64,000 nt of DNA from Pirellulales bacterium (GTDB lineage Bacteria > Planctomycetota > Planctomycetia > Pirellulales > PALSA-1355): the NCBI GenBank assembly GCA_963733035.1, contig CAVTBU010000005.1, forward strand, positions 768,001-832,000, in the 5' to 3' direction. The position numbers were made by a program, and so were the translations under genes. This document shows, in pieces, positions 51,909 to 62,865 of this stretch (position 1 is its first letter; every line of letters begins with the position of its first letter). The notes under the pieces are model-generated. The model searched no databases and was not told the DNA's origin. It saw only the letters and a program-made list of their open reading frames with translations.

Positions 51909-52688
51909 CTATTCCGTCACTTCTTTGGGTGGATTTCGCCCGACAACGGGATGCTGTTCCAGGTCCACGATACTGCCGCTGATCGGGTAGCTTTCATCGC
52001 TCATCCAATAGACAGCGGCGGCCGCAATTTCTTCCGGCTTGAGCAGGCGGCCAGAGGGAGCCTTCGTGCGTGGAACACGCTGTGGCCAGTCGGGTGGCAG
52101 GCCGTCGGCAATCTTCACTTCGTACTCGTTCGGTGTCAGTACCCAGCCGACGTTGAAGTGGTTGACGCGTATGCCGTCGAATGCCAAGGCATCGCCCAGA
52201 TTGCGCGAGAGCGTCACCAGCCCTCCCTTGGAACAGGAATAGGCCAGTAAATTTCTTTCGCCGCAATAGCTATTGAGGGAACCGATGTTGAGCACCGCAC
52301 CGCGCGTCTTCTTGAGGTGCGGAGCAGCAGCCTGAATCAACAAGAGCGGCGCCCGCAAGTTAATGGCAATGATCCGATCAAATAATTCGACCGTGGTGTT
52401 CTCGAGGTTGCTGCGCTGCACCGAGGCGGCATTATTCACCAATGCGTCGAGCCGGCCAAACGCTTGAACGGCCGCTTCGATCATGCGTGGCGCCGCCGCC
52501 GGATCGGAGATATCGTCTTTGTGAAAGACCGCGCGGCCGGAAAGCTCCGCCACCAAGGCCTGGCCGCGGGCTTCGTCGCGTCCGTGGATCAGCACACGCG
52601 CCCCTTCAGCCACGGCACGGCGAGCGATCGCCTCGCCAATGCCGGTCGTGCTGCCGGTTACCAGAATGCATTTGTCTTGGAGTCGCAT
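51909..52688 (-). CDS. Short-chain dehydrogenase/reductase
   Basis: TGSTTGIG, LVNNAA, NIGS, YSCSK. Confidence 0.9.
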   Translation of the reverse strand: MRLQDKCILVTGSTTGIGEAIARRAVAEGARVLIHGRDEARGQALVAELSGRAVFHKDDISDPAAAPRMIEAAVQAFGRLDALVNNAASVQRSNLENTTVELFDRIIAINLRAPLLLIQAAAPHLKKTRGAVLNIGSLNSYCGERNLLAYSCSKGGLVTLSRNLGDALAFDGIRVNHFNVGWVLTPNEYEVKIADGLPPDWPQRVPRTKAPSGRLLKPEEIAAAAVYWMSDESYPISGSIVDLEQHPVVGRNPPKEVTE

Positions 52689-52699
52689 GGAAAGGACGG

Positions 52700-53722
52700 C
52701 TATGGCTTGAGCACGGCTTTGACGATCTTGCCCGAGTGCATCGTCTCGAAGGCTTCGTGCCATTGTTCGAGCGGCCAAACACCGCCCATAATCTTCTGCA
52801 CGTCCAGCGTCCCAGTATCGAGCAGCCGAATTACGCGCTCCCAGATCGGCCAGTTGTGGCTGTAGCTGCCTCGCAAGGTAATATTCTTCTGCACCAGTGG
52901 ATCGAGTGAATGGCCGTAAGGCAACTTGCCCCAGCCGACCTTGGTAACCCAGCCGGCGGGCCTCACGATTTCGAGCGCGGTCTTGAGCGTCGCTGAAATA
53001 CCGGCAGCATCGATGACACCATCGACGCCCAATCCATCGGTCGCCTTGGCCCAATCTTCCAGCCCGTCGACGATCGAGACACAGCCGAACTGTTCGCCAA
53101 CAGCCAACCGCGCACGATCGCGCTCCAATCCAACCACAGCGACTTCAGCTCCCTGAAGCTTGGCGATTGCGGCGCACAGTAAACCAATGGGACCGGGACC
53201 AAGCACAACGACTCGGTCGCCCGGTTTGACGTTCGAGTTCACAGCCACCGCATTGTAGGCCACGCAGCACGGCTCGGTGAGTCCCGCCTTTTCGAACGGC
53301 AGGCTGTCGGGCAAATGATGCAGACAACGAACCGGCACGCGCACGTACTTGGTCATCGCTCCATTGACGCCGTAGCCAAATCCCTTGCGCGTGGGATCGA
53401 GGTTGTACAACCCCTGTTTCGTCAGGGGGCTATCGAGATCGATTATGGCCGCCGTCTCGCTGACGCCGCGATCCCCCTCGTGCCAGCCTTTGACGTTCTT
53501 GCCCAGTTCGACTACGACGCCCGCGAACTCGTGTCCGAGGACGACGGGATAGTTGACCGGCCAACTGTGTTCAGCCGTCCATTGGTGGAGGTCGCTGCCG
53601 CAAACGCCCACGGCGCCGACTTCCAGCAACACGTCGTCGGCACCGATCTCGGGTCGCTCGATCTCGCGAATCTCAACGCTAAACTTTTCCGGTCCGAAGT
53701 TGACGACGCCTGGTGATTTCAT
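52700..53722 (-). CDS. Zinc-binding alcohol/polyol dehydrogenase
   Basis: GVCGSD, GHEFAG, EPCCVA, GPGPIG; lacks the structural-Zn Cys cluster. Confidence 0.9.
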   Translation of the reverse strand: MKSPGVVNFGPEKFSVEIREIERPEIGADDVLLEVGAVGVCGSDLHQWTAEHSWPVNYPVVLGHEFAGVVVELGKNVKGWHEGDRGVSETAAIIDLDSPLTKQGLYNLDPTRKGFGYGVNGAMTKYVRVPVRCLHHLPDSLPFEKAGLTEPCCVAYNAVAVNSNVKPGDRVVVLGPGPIGLLCAAIAKLQGAEVAVVGLERDRARLAVGEQFGCVSIVDGLEDWAKATDGLGVDGVIDAAGISATLKTALEIVRPAGWVTKVGWGKLPYGHSLDPLVQKNITLRGSYSHNWPIWERVIRLLDTGTLDVQKIMGGVWPLEQWHEAFETMHSGKIVKAVLKP

Positions 53723-54429
53723 GATTTCTTTCCTACTGCAATGTCGCCATAGCTGTGAACCTTCTCGCAAATCAGCCGCAAGGAGCTTTCCAGATCGCCG
53801 CCGGCCGTCTTGAAGGCGTCGGCATCGATGGTAAGCGGTGCCCCCAGCACGACCAACGGAGCGCCATACTCCGGCGTTTCGATCGCTTGTTCGAGCGTCA
53901 AGCCGCCGACGGCTTGCACCGGAATACTTACGGCATCCACGACCGCCCGCAATTGGTCAAGGGGGCTGGGCATCCGCAACCCCCGGGCGGCGATGCCGCG
54001 ACGTTCGTCGTAGCCGATGTGATGGATGACGTAGTCGCAACCGACGTCTTCGAGAAACTTCGCGCCGGCGACCATGTCCTCGCAGACCATGTTGTCACCC
54101 ATCACTTCGATGCCGAAGTCCTTGCCGGCTTTGACGACACACCTGATTGTTTCTTCGTGCGCCCGAGCCATGACCACGACGTGCGTTGCACCCGCCTTGG
54201 CCATCATTTCGGCCTCGAGATAGCCGCCGTCCATTGCCTTGAGATCGGCCACGATGGGCGTGTCCGGGAATCGCTCGCGCAGGGCGCGTACACCGTGCAT
54301 GCCCTCGGCAATGATCAGTGGCGTGCCGGCTTCGAGCCAGTCGACGCCAGCGCGCATGGCCATCTCGGCCGTCTCGAGGGCTTCCTCTTTCGTGGTGATA
54401 TCGAGCGAAATTTGAACGATGGTTTTCAT
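53719..54429 (-). CDS. 3-hexulose-6-phosphate synthase / OMP-decarboxylase (HUMPS) family protein
   Basis: QISLD, WLEAGTPLI, VADLKAMDGG.LEA, HIGYD, AVGG. Confidence 0.85.
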   Translation of the reverse strand: MKTIVQISLDITTKEEALETAEMAMRAGVDWLEAGTPLIIAEGMHGVRALRERFPDTPIVADLKAMDGGYLEAEMMAKAGATHVVVMARAHEETIRCVVKAGKDFGIEVMGDNMVCEDMVAGAKFLEDVGCDYVIHHIGYDERRGIAARGLRMPSPLDQLRAVVDAVSIPVQAVGGLTLEQAIETPEYGAPLVVLGAPLTIDADAFKTAGGDLESSLRLICEKVHSYGDIAVGKKS

Positions 54430-54705
54430 CGGCGAGGCCTGGGTGTGAGGAAGGTTTGGCAGACGAAGCGGGGCAACCGCCAGCAAGGAAATCCAGAGAC
54501 ATCTGTCCCCGGAAAACTTCCGCCAGCAAATACCTGGGCCGGCGGTTTTCGCCAATCCGCAGTGGTCTTAGCGCCCCGTTTGCGGTCTCTATAATGACGT
54601 TTAGTGAAAAGATTCACAAGCACCCTTCATCATGGCCGTATTTGCGGTCATGAGCCGCGACGAGCGCCGCAACTGGGTGCGATACTGGAGGCTCCGCAAT
54701 CCCCC

Positions 54706-55520
54706 ATGACGAACCGTGCGAAGATACGCGTCGGTGCGGTCAACTATTTGAATACCAAGCCGCTGGTCTATGACCTTGCGCGGTTTGCTCCGCAGGCCGA
54801 GCTCGTGTTCGATTACCCCAGCCGGCTGGCTGACAATCTGGCCGCTGGCAGGTTGGACGTGGCGTTGATCCCGTCGATTGAGTTCTTTCACGATCCCAGC
54901 TATACGATCGTCTCTGACGCCTGCATTGGATGCCGTGGGCCTGTGCTGTCGGTCAAGCTCTTCAGCCGAGGCCCCATCGAGAACATTCGTACTTTGGCCC
55001 TCGACGAGGGATCGCGGACCAGCGTCGCGTTAACTCGGATCCTGCTTCAGGAGCGATACGGTGTGGCGCCGAAACTGGAAGGATTGCCCGTTGGTAGTAC
55101 GCTGAGCGACACGACGGCCGACGCGGTCTTGCTCATTGGCGACCGAGCCATGCACTCTCCGGCTGGTCAATTCGAGGTCGTTTGGGATTTGGGCGACGAA
55201 TGGTGCCGCTGGGCGGAACTGCCGTTTGTGTTTGCGATGTGGGTCGCCCGGGCCGGGCGCAACTGGATGGACTCGAAACGGCCCTTTGCCAAGCCCGGGA
55301 CGCCGGTCTCGCCCATCTCGACGATATCGCCGCCCGCGAGGCCGCACCGTTGGGACTTACGCGGCCGCAATGCCTGTCGTACCTGCGTGATAACCTGTAC
55401 TTTTTTCTCGGCCCCCGCGAGCACCGTGGGCTGACATTGTTTTACAAGAAAGCCGCTGAGCTGGGCCTCGCGCCCGCGGGAGTCGATTTTGGATTCAACG
55501 ATTGCCAAACTTCTGGATAA
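54706..55520 (+). CDS. mqnA: Chorismate dehydratase (futalosine pathway); frameshift near 55257
   Basis: VNYLNTKPL, GPVLSVKLFS, SRTSVAL, LLIGDRA, DLGDEW..LPFVFAMW; C-terminus in the 55182..55520 frame. Confidence 0.9.
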
Positions 55521-56592
55521 GGCTGCCAACGGCGACCGACTGTCGCCTGAAGAAGGCCTGAGGCTGTTGGAGTGCCACGATCTTGCCGCACTAGGCCGAG
55601 CGGCCGACGAGGTCACGCGCCGACTGCATCCCGAGTCGTATCGCACGTACAACATCGACCGCAACATCAACTACACGAATGTGTGCGCGGCCGTGTGCGA
55701 TTTCTGCGCGTTTTATCGCAGCCCGAAGCACGAAGAAGGCTATGTGCTCGACCGGGACACGCTGTTGCAGAAGATTCAGGAAACCGTCGATCTTGGTGGC
55801 GACCAGATCTTAATGCAAGGCGGACTGCATCCTGAGCTTTCGCTCGAGTGGTACGAAGGGTTGTTGCACGATATCAAAGCTCGGTTTCCGCAGGTCAACG
55901 TGCACGGATTCAGCCCACCGGAAATCCATTTCTTTGCGAAGCTATCGAAGTTGCCGCTGCGCACGGTCCTCGAACGGCTCAAGGCAGCCGGCCTGGGAAG
56001 TATTCCCGGCGGTGGCGCGGAAATTCTGGTCGATCGGGTACGCAAAGAAATTACGCGCGGCAAAGTGCTCACCGACGACTGGCTCAACGTCAATCGCGTG
56101 TGGCACGAAATGGGAGGTCGCAGCACGGCTACCATGATGTTCGGCCACGTCGAAACGCTATCGGATCGCGTCGAACACCTCGAACGCCTGCGCCAACTGC
56201 AAGACGAGACAGCTGGTTTTACCGCCTACATCTGCTGGACGTTCCAACCCGGACACAACATGGCCAATCTTCCTGCCGCCGGATCTTTCGAGTACTTGAA
56301 AACCCAGGCCGTTAGCCGGCTCTATCTCGACAACTTTGCCAATATCCAGTCGAGTTGGGTCACCCAGGGCCTCAAAGTGGGGCAAATCGCGCTGCTCTAT
56401 GGCGCCAACGACATGGGCAGTTTGATGATCGAGGAAAATGTCGTGGCCGCGGCCGGCACGGTCCACTACCTAACGCTCGATCAGATGAAGGATGCCATTC
56501 GCGAACTTGGCTACACACCGCGGCGGCGCAACGTCTTATATGAACTCCTCGACGATGCACCTCTAGAACCAGTGACCGTGGAAATCGCTTAG
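55489..56592 (+). CDS. mqnC: Cyclic dehypoxanthinyl futalosine synthase (radical SAM)
   Basis: [54 protein letters not shown]. Confidence 0.9.
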   Translation: MDSTIAKLLDKAANGDRLSPEEGLRLLECHDLAALGRAADEVTRRLHPESYRTYNIDRNINYTNVCAAVCDFCAFYRSPKHEEGYVLDRDTLLQKIQETVDLGGDQILMQGGLHPELSLEWYEGLLHDIKARFPQVNVHGFSPPEIHFFAKLSKLPLRTVLERLKAAGLGSIPGGGAEILVDRVRKEITRGKVLTDDWLNVNRVWHEMGGRSTATMMFGHVETLSDRVEHLERLRQLQDETAGFTAYICWTFQPGHNMANLPAAGSFEYLKTQAVSRLYLDNFANIQSSWVTQGLKVGQIALLYGANDMGSLMIEENVVAAAGTVHYLTLDQMKDAIRELGYTPRRRNVLYELLDDAPLEPVTVEIA

Positions 56593-57980
56593 TGATGGAA
56601 ACCGGTGGCCTCCGACGCCTCCAGCGACTTGGCCACCGGATGCTTCTGGAAGAATTCGAGTGCAGCCCGGAAATCGTCGAGCAATAGCTTTGCCAGATCG
56701 CGGCTGACTCCGTGGCGAATGAGCACCCGCTGGACGACGGTACGCTGTTGCTCTGGCGGAAGTGAATAGGCTGGTACCTGCCAACCCCGCGAACGCAGTC
56801 GGTCGGCCAGGTCGTAAAGCGAGAAACTGACGTTCGCGTCAGGTTTGAGCTTCCAGCATGCCCCTGGGATGCCGCCTCGGCCATCGTAGACAATTTCAAA
56901 GGGCCCCAGCTTGGCGATTTCCTCAGCCACGTAGGCACCGGTCTCGGCACAAGCCTGCTGCGTCCGTTGATAACCGCTCCGGCCTAACCTGAGAAAGTTG
57001 TAGTATTGGCAAGCGATTTGACCCCCAGGGCGTGAGAAATTGAGGGCGAACGTGGGCATATCGCCGCCCAGATAGTTCACGCTGAAGACGAGGTCCTCGG
57101 GAAGTTCCTCTCGGTCTCGCCAAATCACCCAGCCGCATCCCAGCGGAGTCAACCCAAACTTGTGCCCCGAGGCATTGATCGATTTCACCCGGGGAAGTTT
57201 AAAATCCCATATGACTTCCGGATGAATAAACGGGGCCAGGAACGCTCCACTCGCGCCATCGACATGCACGGGAATGTCCCAGCCCTGTCGTTTCTGCACA
57301 TTGTCGAGCGCCTGGCAAATCCCCTGCACCGGTTCGTAGTGCAAGGTGAAAGTTAGGCCCAGCGTGGGAACGACGCCGATTGTGTTCTCATCACAGCGTT
57401 TGACGGCCTCTGCGGGCGTCATCATAAGTCGGCCTTCGGCCATCGGCACTTCGCGCAACTCGACGTCAAAATAACGGGCAAACTTGTGCCAGCAAACCTG
57501 CACCGGACCGCAAACCATGTTTGGCTTGTCGGTGGGCCGACCGGCGGCGCGCTGCCGCTCGCGCCAGCGCCATTTCATCGCCAATCCGCCCAACATGGCT
57601 GCCTCACTCGACCCGGTTGTTGAGCAGCCGACCGTATTTTCAGCCTCCGGGGAATTCCACAGATCAGCCAGCATGTGCACGCAGCGCCGCTCGACTTCGG
57701 CCGTTTGCGGGTACTCATCCTTGTCGATCATGTTCTTGTCCCAGCACTCGGCGAGCAATTTCTGCGCCTGAGGCTCGCTCCACGTCTGACAAAACGTTGC
57801 CAGGTTCATCCGCGAGTTGCCATCTAGCATCAACTCGTCGTGAACCATGGCATAGGCGTGCTCGGCACTGTGCTCGTCAACTGGGAAATGGTACTTGGGC
57901 ACACTCACCGAAAGATCGGTTGAAGCGTAGACGTCGTCCAACAAGTTCTGGCGAATGTGTTCGCGAAAGTGGAGCGGCAT
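56589..57980 (-). CDS. gadB: Glutamate decarboxylase
   Basis: [37 protein letters not shown]-lysine SGHK, LNFSRPG. Confidence 0.93.
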   Translation of the reverse strand: MPLHFREHIRQNLLDDVYASTDLSVSVPKYHFPVDEHSAEHAYAMVHDELMLDGNSRMNLATFCQTWSEPQAQKLLAECWDKNMIDKDEYPQTAEVERRCVHMLADLWNSPEAENTVGCSTTGSSEAAMLGGLAMKWRWRERQRAAGRPTDKPNMVCGPVQVCWHKFARYFDVELREVPMAEGRLMMTPAEAVKRCDENTIGVVPTLGLTFTLHYEPVQGICQALDNVQKRQGWDIPVHVDGASGAFLAPFIHPEVIWDFKLPRVKSINASGHKFGLTPLGCGWVIWRDREELPEDLVFSVNYLGGDMPTFALNFSRPGGQIACQYYNFLRLGRSGYQRTQQACAETGAYVAEEIAKLGPFEIVYDGRGGIPGACWKLKPDANVSFSLYDLADRLRSRGWQVPAYSLPPEQQRTVVQRVLIRHGVSRDLAKLLLDDFRAALEFFQKHPVAKSLEASEATGFHH

Positions 57981-58375
57981 CGTGCATCTCCTTCGGGCAA
58001 AGTACGCGTCGGCGGCGTAAGGTGGCGGGGTGCTTTCCCGAACCGCGAGGAATCATCGGACCGCGGCAAGAAAAGGGAGGCGGGACAAGTATAGCCGACA
58101 ATTCAGCCCGCGGTCGGAGGATTCAGCATTTGGGCAGCGTAGCGACGAACAATCAGCCGACAGTTTTACGTGTAACTACGGACGAGACGACCAGGGCCAA
58201 CGCGGAAGGGGCCTCAATCCGGTATTAAGCACCACCAAATTCTACGCGGAGCAAAACGGCTGCCGAGCGACAGGGGGACGAAAACTCGAACACGTATGCA
58301 AGGGTACACTAGGACTCGTGAACACCGGAACAGGATTCAGACGGCAGTTCACGGCTCACGCCGGTGCCGCTACGT

Positions 58376-58410
58376 AAAAAAGCTGGCCTCCTGTTGGGGA
58401 GGCCAGCTTC
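58376..58410 (-). terminator. Intrinsic terminator of the PEP-CTERM gene
   Basis: AAGCTGGCCTCC / GGAGGCCAGCTT stem plus T-run on the minus strand. Confidence 0.82.
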
Positions 58411-58442
58411 GTCAAAAGCAATTCAGCTCCAAGTTCGGCTAC

Positions 58443-59207
58443 TTACGCCTTGCGGAAGCGGCGACGGCCGAAGGCCACCAAACCGATCAGGCCCAGGCCA
58501 AGCATGGCAACCGTGCCGGGTTCGGGCACCAAGCGAGTCGCGACGATCGTGCCAGTCAGGCTGCCGTCGATCGTAAAGCTACTCACAGGGATCGGAATTA
58601 GCAGCGACACGGGAATTGTGATCGTCTGCAGCAAGCCAACTTGAGTGGCCGTGCCACCTGGTGCGCCGTTTAGTGCCGAGTTTCCGGAGATGTCCGAACG
58701 GCCGACAGCGGGCGCAAGTCCGCTGAGATTGTAATCCAGGAAACCTTGAACAAGCCCCAGAGTAAGTTGGGTCGCGTCAAAGGCAATACCAGCAACGGGA
58801 ACCACACCGCTGGTAAGTTCGGCCAACAGATCTCGTCCAGCCGCGGGGCCGGTTTCAAGGCCGCCAAGCGCGTTCACGGAACCACCGTAATTGCCGGGGG
58901 CGGTCCCCGCGACGCCATTGATTCCGGGGGACGGGTCAACCGGTTGCAGGGCGAACGTCACTGTGCCGCCACCCAAGAATTCCACACTGGTGCCTGGCGT
59001 GAAGTTGATGTCGAGCGTACCGCCCAGTGCGTCCGTTAGGCTCCCCGGGGATTGTGGGAAAAGGACTGGACTTCCGGATAGCGAGGCGCCAAGAGTTAGC
59101 GAGCTTAACCCCGAGTCGATGGTGAATGTCGCTGCCGAAGCGACGGATGCGTAGCCAACAATGGCTACCATGGCGAGTGCTGCGAACACTCTAGAAACAG
59201 TTCTCAT
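58443..59207 (-). CDS. PEP-CTERM sorting-domain surface protein
   Basis: Signal peptide ending ASA; C-terminal VPEPGT-hydrophobic-RRRFRKA. Confidence 0.9.
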   Translation of the reverse strand: MRTVSRVFAALAMVAIVGYASVASAATFTIDSGLSSLTLGASLSGSPVLFPQSPGSLTDALGGTLDINFTPGTSVEFLGGGTVTFALQPVDPSPGINGVAGTAPGNYGGSVNALGGLETGPAAGRDLLAELTSGVVPVAGIAFDATQLTLGLVQGFLDYNLSGLAPAVGRSDISGNSALNGAPGGTATQVGLLQTITIPVSLLIPIPVSSFTIDGSLTGTIVATRLVPEPGTVAMLGLGLIGLVAFGRRRFRKA

Positions 59208-59806
59208 TAGCTTGTCTCCTTTAACGTGCATCAGTCATAACGAGAAGGTGCTTGGAAAATCAAAAGCAAGCGTCCCCGATTATGACGAGCCCCCCCTGGG
59301 GTGCAAAGGAAAAAAATGAAAGTGAAGTGAATTTTGCGCGACCGCGCAATTACGTCTCATGCTTGCTGCTACGTCTTCAGGCGATGCATCGCGGCTGCGA
59401 AAAGGCGGACGGATTTCCAAGCACAACTCTTTACAGGATATTCGTTTATGAGAATCCACCTCGGCGCCGATCGCACCTGGCCCGATCCGCCATCGCATGT
59501 AGAGCGAGAAACGTTCGTTCCCACAGAAACGTGCGCAATGGCCTCCAAGTGCATGTTTTTTTGGATTCCAGCGAAAAACATGGTTGGTACGAGAAATGAC
59601 GGATTCTTCAAATGTGCGCTTTCGAATACGCGTTGAGCCGGGTCGATTTCGGCTCAATCTCCCAAGGCAATGGGCGCGTCAGCCGTCTTGGTTATGTGGT
59701 AGCCTTACGGTAGTCGCACCGAGACAGGCGACTGAGGTCGGTTTGCGCCCTGGCCGCACTCCCCTACACACGGCAACCTCGCCACGTTCCGCAAACGGCG
59801 CGACGC

Positions 59807-60571
59807 ATGATTCACGTACGCCAGCTGACCAAGCACTACGCCGACCTCAAACGTGGCACGGTGGTAGCCCTTGGCGGCGTGAGCTTCGATGCCATGCCGG
59901 GCCAGATCTATGGCCTGTTGGGCCCTAACGGCGCAGGAAAGACAACCGTCTTGCGGATTCTAAGCACAATCCTGCGGCCGAGTGGCGGCACGGCCAGCGT
60001 CAACGGATACGAAGTTCTGACGCAAGCCTCGCAAGTGCGCCATCAAATCGGTTTCGTCTCGGCCAACACGGCCGTGTACGACCGCATGACCGCCTGGGAG
60101 ATGGTCGCCTACTTTGGCCGTCTCTACGGACTGGCCGAAGAGCCACTTTGCGAACGCATGGAAGAAATCTTCGACCGGCTGCAGATGAACGAGATTCGCG
60201 ACGTGCTCGGGGCCAAGATGTCAACCGGCATGAAACAAAAAGTGTCGATTGCGCGGGCCATTGTTCACGACCCTCCCGTCCTGATTTTCGATGAAGCGAC
60301 CAACGGCCTCGACGTCCTGGTTGCAAGAGCGTTGCTCAGTACGGTGGCCGAATTGCGCGACCAGGGAAAGTGCATCATGTTTTCGACGCACATCATGCGC
60401 GAGGCCGAGAAACTGTGCGATCGGATTGCCATCATTCACCGCGGTCACATTCTGGCAGAGGGCACCCTTGGCGAGCTGTGCAAGCAGTATCATCAACACG
60501 ACTTGGAGGAACTCTTCTTCCGCCTGATCCAAGATCATAACCAGGCCCATTCGGTCGTCGAAACATGGTAG
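59807..60571 (+). CDS. natA: ABC ATP-binding protein, NatA-like
   Basis: [32 protein letters not shown]. Confidence 0.85.
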   Translation: MIHVRQLTKHYADLKRGTVVALGGVSFDAMPGQIYGLLGPNGAGKTTVLRILSTILRPSGGTASVNGYEVLTQASQVRHQIGFVSANTAVYDRMTAWEMVAYFGRLYGLAEEPLCERMEEIFDRLQMNEIRDVLGAKMSTGMKQKVSIARAIVHDPPVLIFDEATNGLDVLVARALLSTVAELRDQGKCIMFSTHIMREAEKLCDRIAIIHRGHILAEGTLGELCKQYHQHDLEELFFRLIQDHNQAHSVVETW

Positions 60572-60588
60572 AAGGAGACGCGCCGAAC

Positions 60589-62820
60589 ATGAACTGGTCG
60601 AACGTCAAATTGATCCTAGGACGTGAAATCCGCGATCAATTGCGCGACCGTCGCACGCTGTTCATGATCGCCGTGCTACCGATCTTGCTCTATCCGCTCC
60701 TGGGGATGAGCTTCTTTCAGGTCACCCAATTTCTCCGTGAACATGCAGTGCACGTGCTCATAATCAATGCTCCTCAGAGCAACGACTTGCCGACACTCAT
60801 CACGGAGGATCGTTTTGCGGCCAATTTGTTTGACGAAGACTCGCGCCGGACTGTCGACCTCCTGCAGGTGGAAACCGCCTCGCCAAAGCGCGATTCGAAA
60901 AAACGCTCGCGGCAGGATCCAAGCGAGCAGGCCAAACACGATTTGCAGCAGGGTGGATATGACGTGGTCGTCTATTTTCCACCCGATTTCGCCGAGCGCT
61001 TCTCGCGATACCGCGCGGCCTTGTCCAGGTCGCATCAGAGCGAAGGGCCGGCGGATGAAAAAGCGTTCGAGTTGCCGGACGTGGGCGTCTATCCGAATCT
61101 GGCCCGAGATTCGTCGCGGGCGGCCTACCGCCGGGTTTCGGACGTGCTTAGCCGCTGGCGCGACGAGATCGGTCGCGCGAACCTAGAATCGAATCACCTG
61201 CCCGCCACGGCCGCGCGCCCATTCAAAATTGCGACGCGCGACGTCGCCGAAAAGGGACAGCACCGCGCGGCCGCGTGGTCGAAGATCTTGCCCTTCGTGC
61301 TGCTCATTTGGGCCTTGACCGGCGCATTCTATCCGGCAATCGATTTGTGTGCCGGCGAAAAGGAAAGAGGCACGCTGGAGACCCTGCTGAGCAGTCCGGC
61401 CGAGCGTCTGGAAATCGTCTGGGGCAAATTGTTGACGGTAATGGTTTTTAGCATGGCGACGGCGATTTTGAACCTTTCAAGTTTGGCGATCACCGGAACG
61501 TTGGTGCTCAGCCAAGTGCCGAACCTGGGACCTCCGCCGCCGCTCGCTTTCGTATGGCTATTGGTGGCCCTGGTGCCCATGTCGGCTTTGTATTCGGCCC
61601 TCTGCCTGGCGCTGGCCGTGTTGGCCAAGAGCACCAAGGAGGGACAATACTATTTGATGCCATTGGTGCTCGTAACGATGCCGCTGGTCATTCTGCCCAT
61701 GGCACCGGGAGTTGAACTGAACCTCGGCAATAGCCTGATTCCCGTCACGGGCGTGGTCCTGCTGCTCCGGTCGCTGCTGGAAGGCGAATACTGGGCAATC
61801 CTGCCTTATGCGCCGGTCGTGATTCTGGTCACGTTGTTTTGCTGCCTGCTAGCCATTCGTTGGGCGACCAACCAGTTCAATTCGGAAAGCGTGCTCTTCC
61901 GCGAAAGCGAGCGCTGGGACCTGGGGCTGTGGGTGCGGCACCTGGTGCGTGATCGGGCTCCAACGCCCAGCTTTGCCGAAGCCATGTTTTGCGGCGTGCT
62001 GATCCTGCTGATCAAGTTCTTCATGGGTTTTGCCATGAACACGCCAACGACGTTTTCCGAATTCGTAGACGTCGTAGCACTCACACAGTTAGTCGTCATC
62101 GCGACTCCCGCGTTGCTAATGGCAGTGATGCTCACTCGCAGCCCGGGCCAAACGCTGTTGCTGCGACGCCCGCCATTCCGGACGCCGCTGGCCGCAGGAC
62201 TACTGGCGGTGGCATTTCATCCGACGGCAAACTTGCTGCAGTCATGGGTCCAACAGATTTATCCGCTGGACGATCAAGTGATGAAGGCCCTCAACAGCCT
62301 CGTCTTTGAACCCGACAGTGTTTGGGTTCTGCTGTTGGTGATCGCGGTGCTACCGGCCGTGTGTGAAGAACTCGCGTTCCGCGGGTTTATCCTCTCGGGA
62401 CTGCGGCACATGGGACACAAATGGACAGCGATCATCGTGAGCAGCGTCTTTTTTGGGGCCACGCATGCGATCTTTCAACAGTCGCTGGTCGCAGCATTGG
62501 TGGGCATGATCCTCGGTTTCATTGCCGTGCAGACGGGAAGCATTTGGCCCTGTATCCTGTTCCATACGATTCATAACTCGATGGCCGTGATCGTGCAACG
62601 CGTGCTGGGCGCCCTAGAGGAACGACCCGAGTGGCTCGATTGGATCCTCCGCGACGCGAGCGCCGAAGGGAACCTCTATCGCTGGCCTACGATCGCGCTC
62701 AGCGCTGCTGTGAGCGTAGCCATCCTGTATTGGTTCCACCGTTTGCCCTATGCTCGCACGCCGGAAGAATCGATGCAGGAAGCGATCGACCATCAATCGG
62801 CGCATTGGCTGCCGGGCTGA
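60589..62820 (+). CDS. NatB-like ABC permease fused to a CPBP (CAAX/Abi) intramembrane protease domain
   Basis: REIRDQLRDRRTLF, AGEKERGTLETLL; C-terminal CEELAFRG, FGATH, HTIHN. Confidence 0.87.
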   Translation: MNWSNVKLILGREIRDQLRDRRTLFMIAVLPILLYPLLGMSFFQVTQFLREHAVHVLIINAPQSNDLPTLITEDRFAANLFDEDSRRTVDLLQVETASPKRDSKKRSRQDPSEQAKHDLQQGGYDVVVYFPPDFAERFSRYRAALSRSHQSEGPADEKAFELPDVGVYPNLARDSSRAAYRRVSDVLSRWRDEIGRANLESNHLPATAARPFKIATRDVAEKGQHRAAAWSKILPFVLLIWALTGAFYPAIDLCAGEKERGTLETLLSSPAERLEIVWGKLLTVMVFSMATAILNLSSLAITGTLVLSQVPNLGPPPPLAFVWLLVALVPMSALYSALCLALAVLAKSTKEGQYYLMPLVLVTMPLVILPMAPGVELNLGNSLIPVTGVVLLLRSLLEGEYWAILPYAPVVILVTLFCCLLAIRWATNQFNSESVLFRESERWDLGLWVRHLVRDRAPTPSFAEAMFCGVLILLIKFFMGFAMNTPTTFSEFVDVVALTQLVVIATPALLMAVMLTRSPGQTLLLRRPPFRTPLAAGLLAVAFHPTANLLQSWVQQIYPLDDQVMKALNSLVFEPDSVWVLLLVIAVLPAVCEELAFRGFILSGLRHMGHKWTAIIVSSVFFGATHAIFQQSLVAALVGMILGFIAVQTGSIWPCILFHTIHNSMAVIVQRVLGALEERPEWLDWILRDASAEGNLYRWPTIALSAAVSVAILYWFHRLPYARTPEESMQEAIDHQSAHWLPG

Positions 62821-62865
62821 ATTGGCTACTAGCGACTTTCCCCTCCACTGCATGGACCCGCTCCC

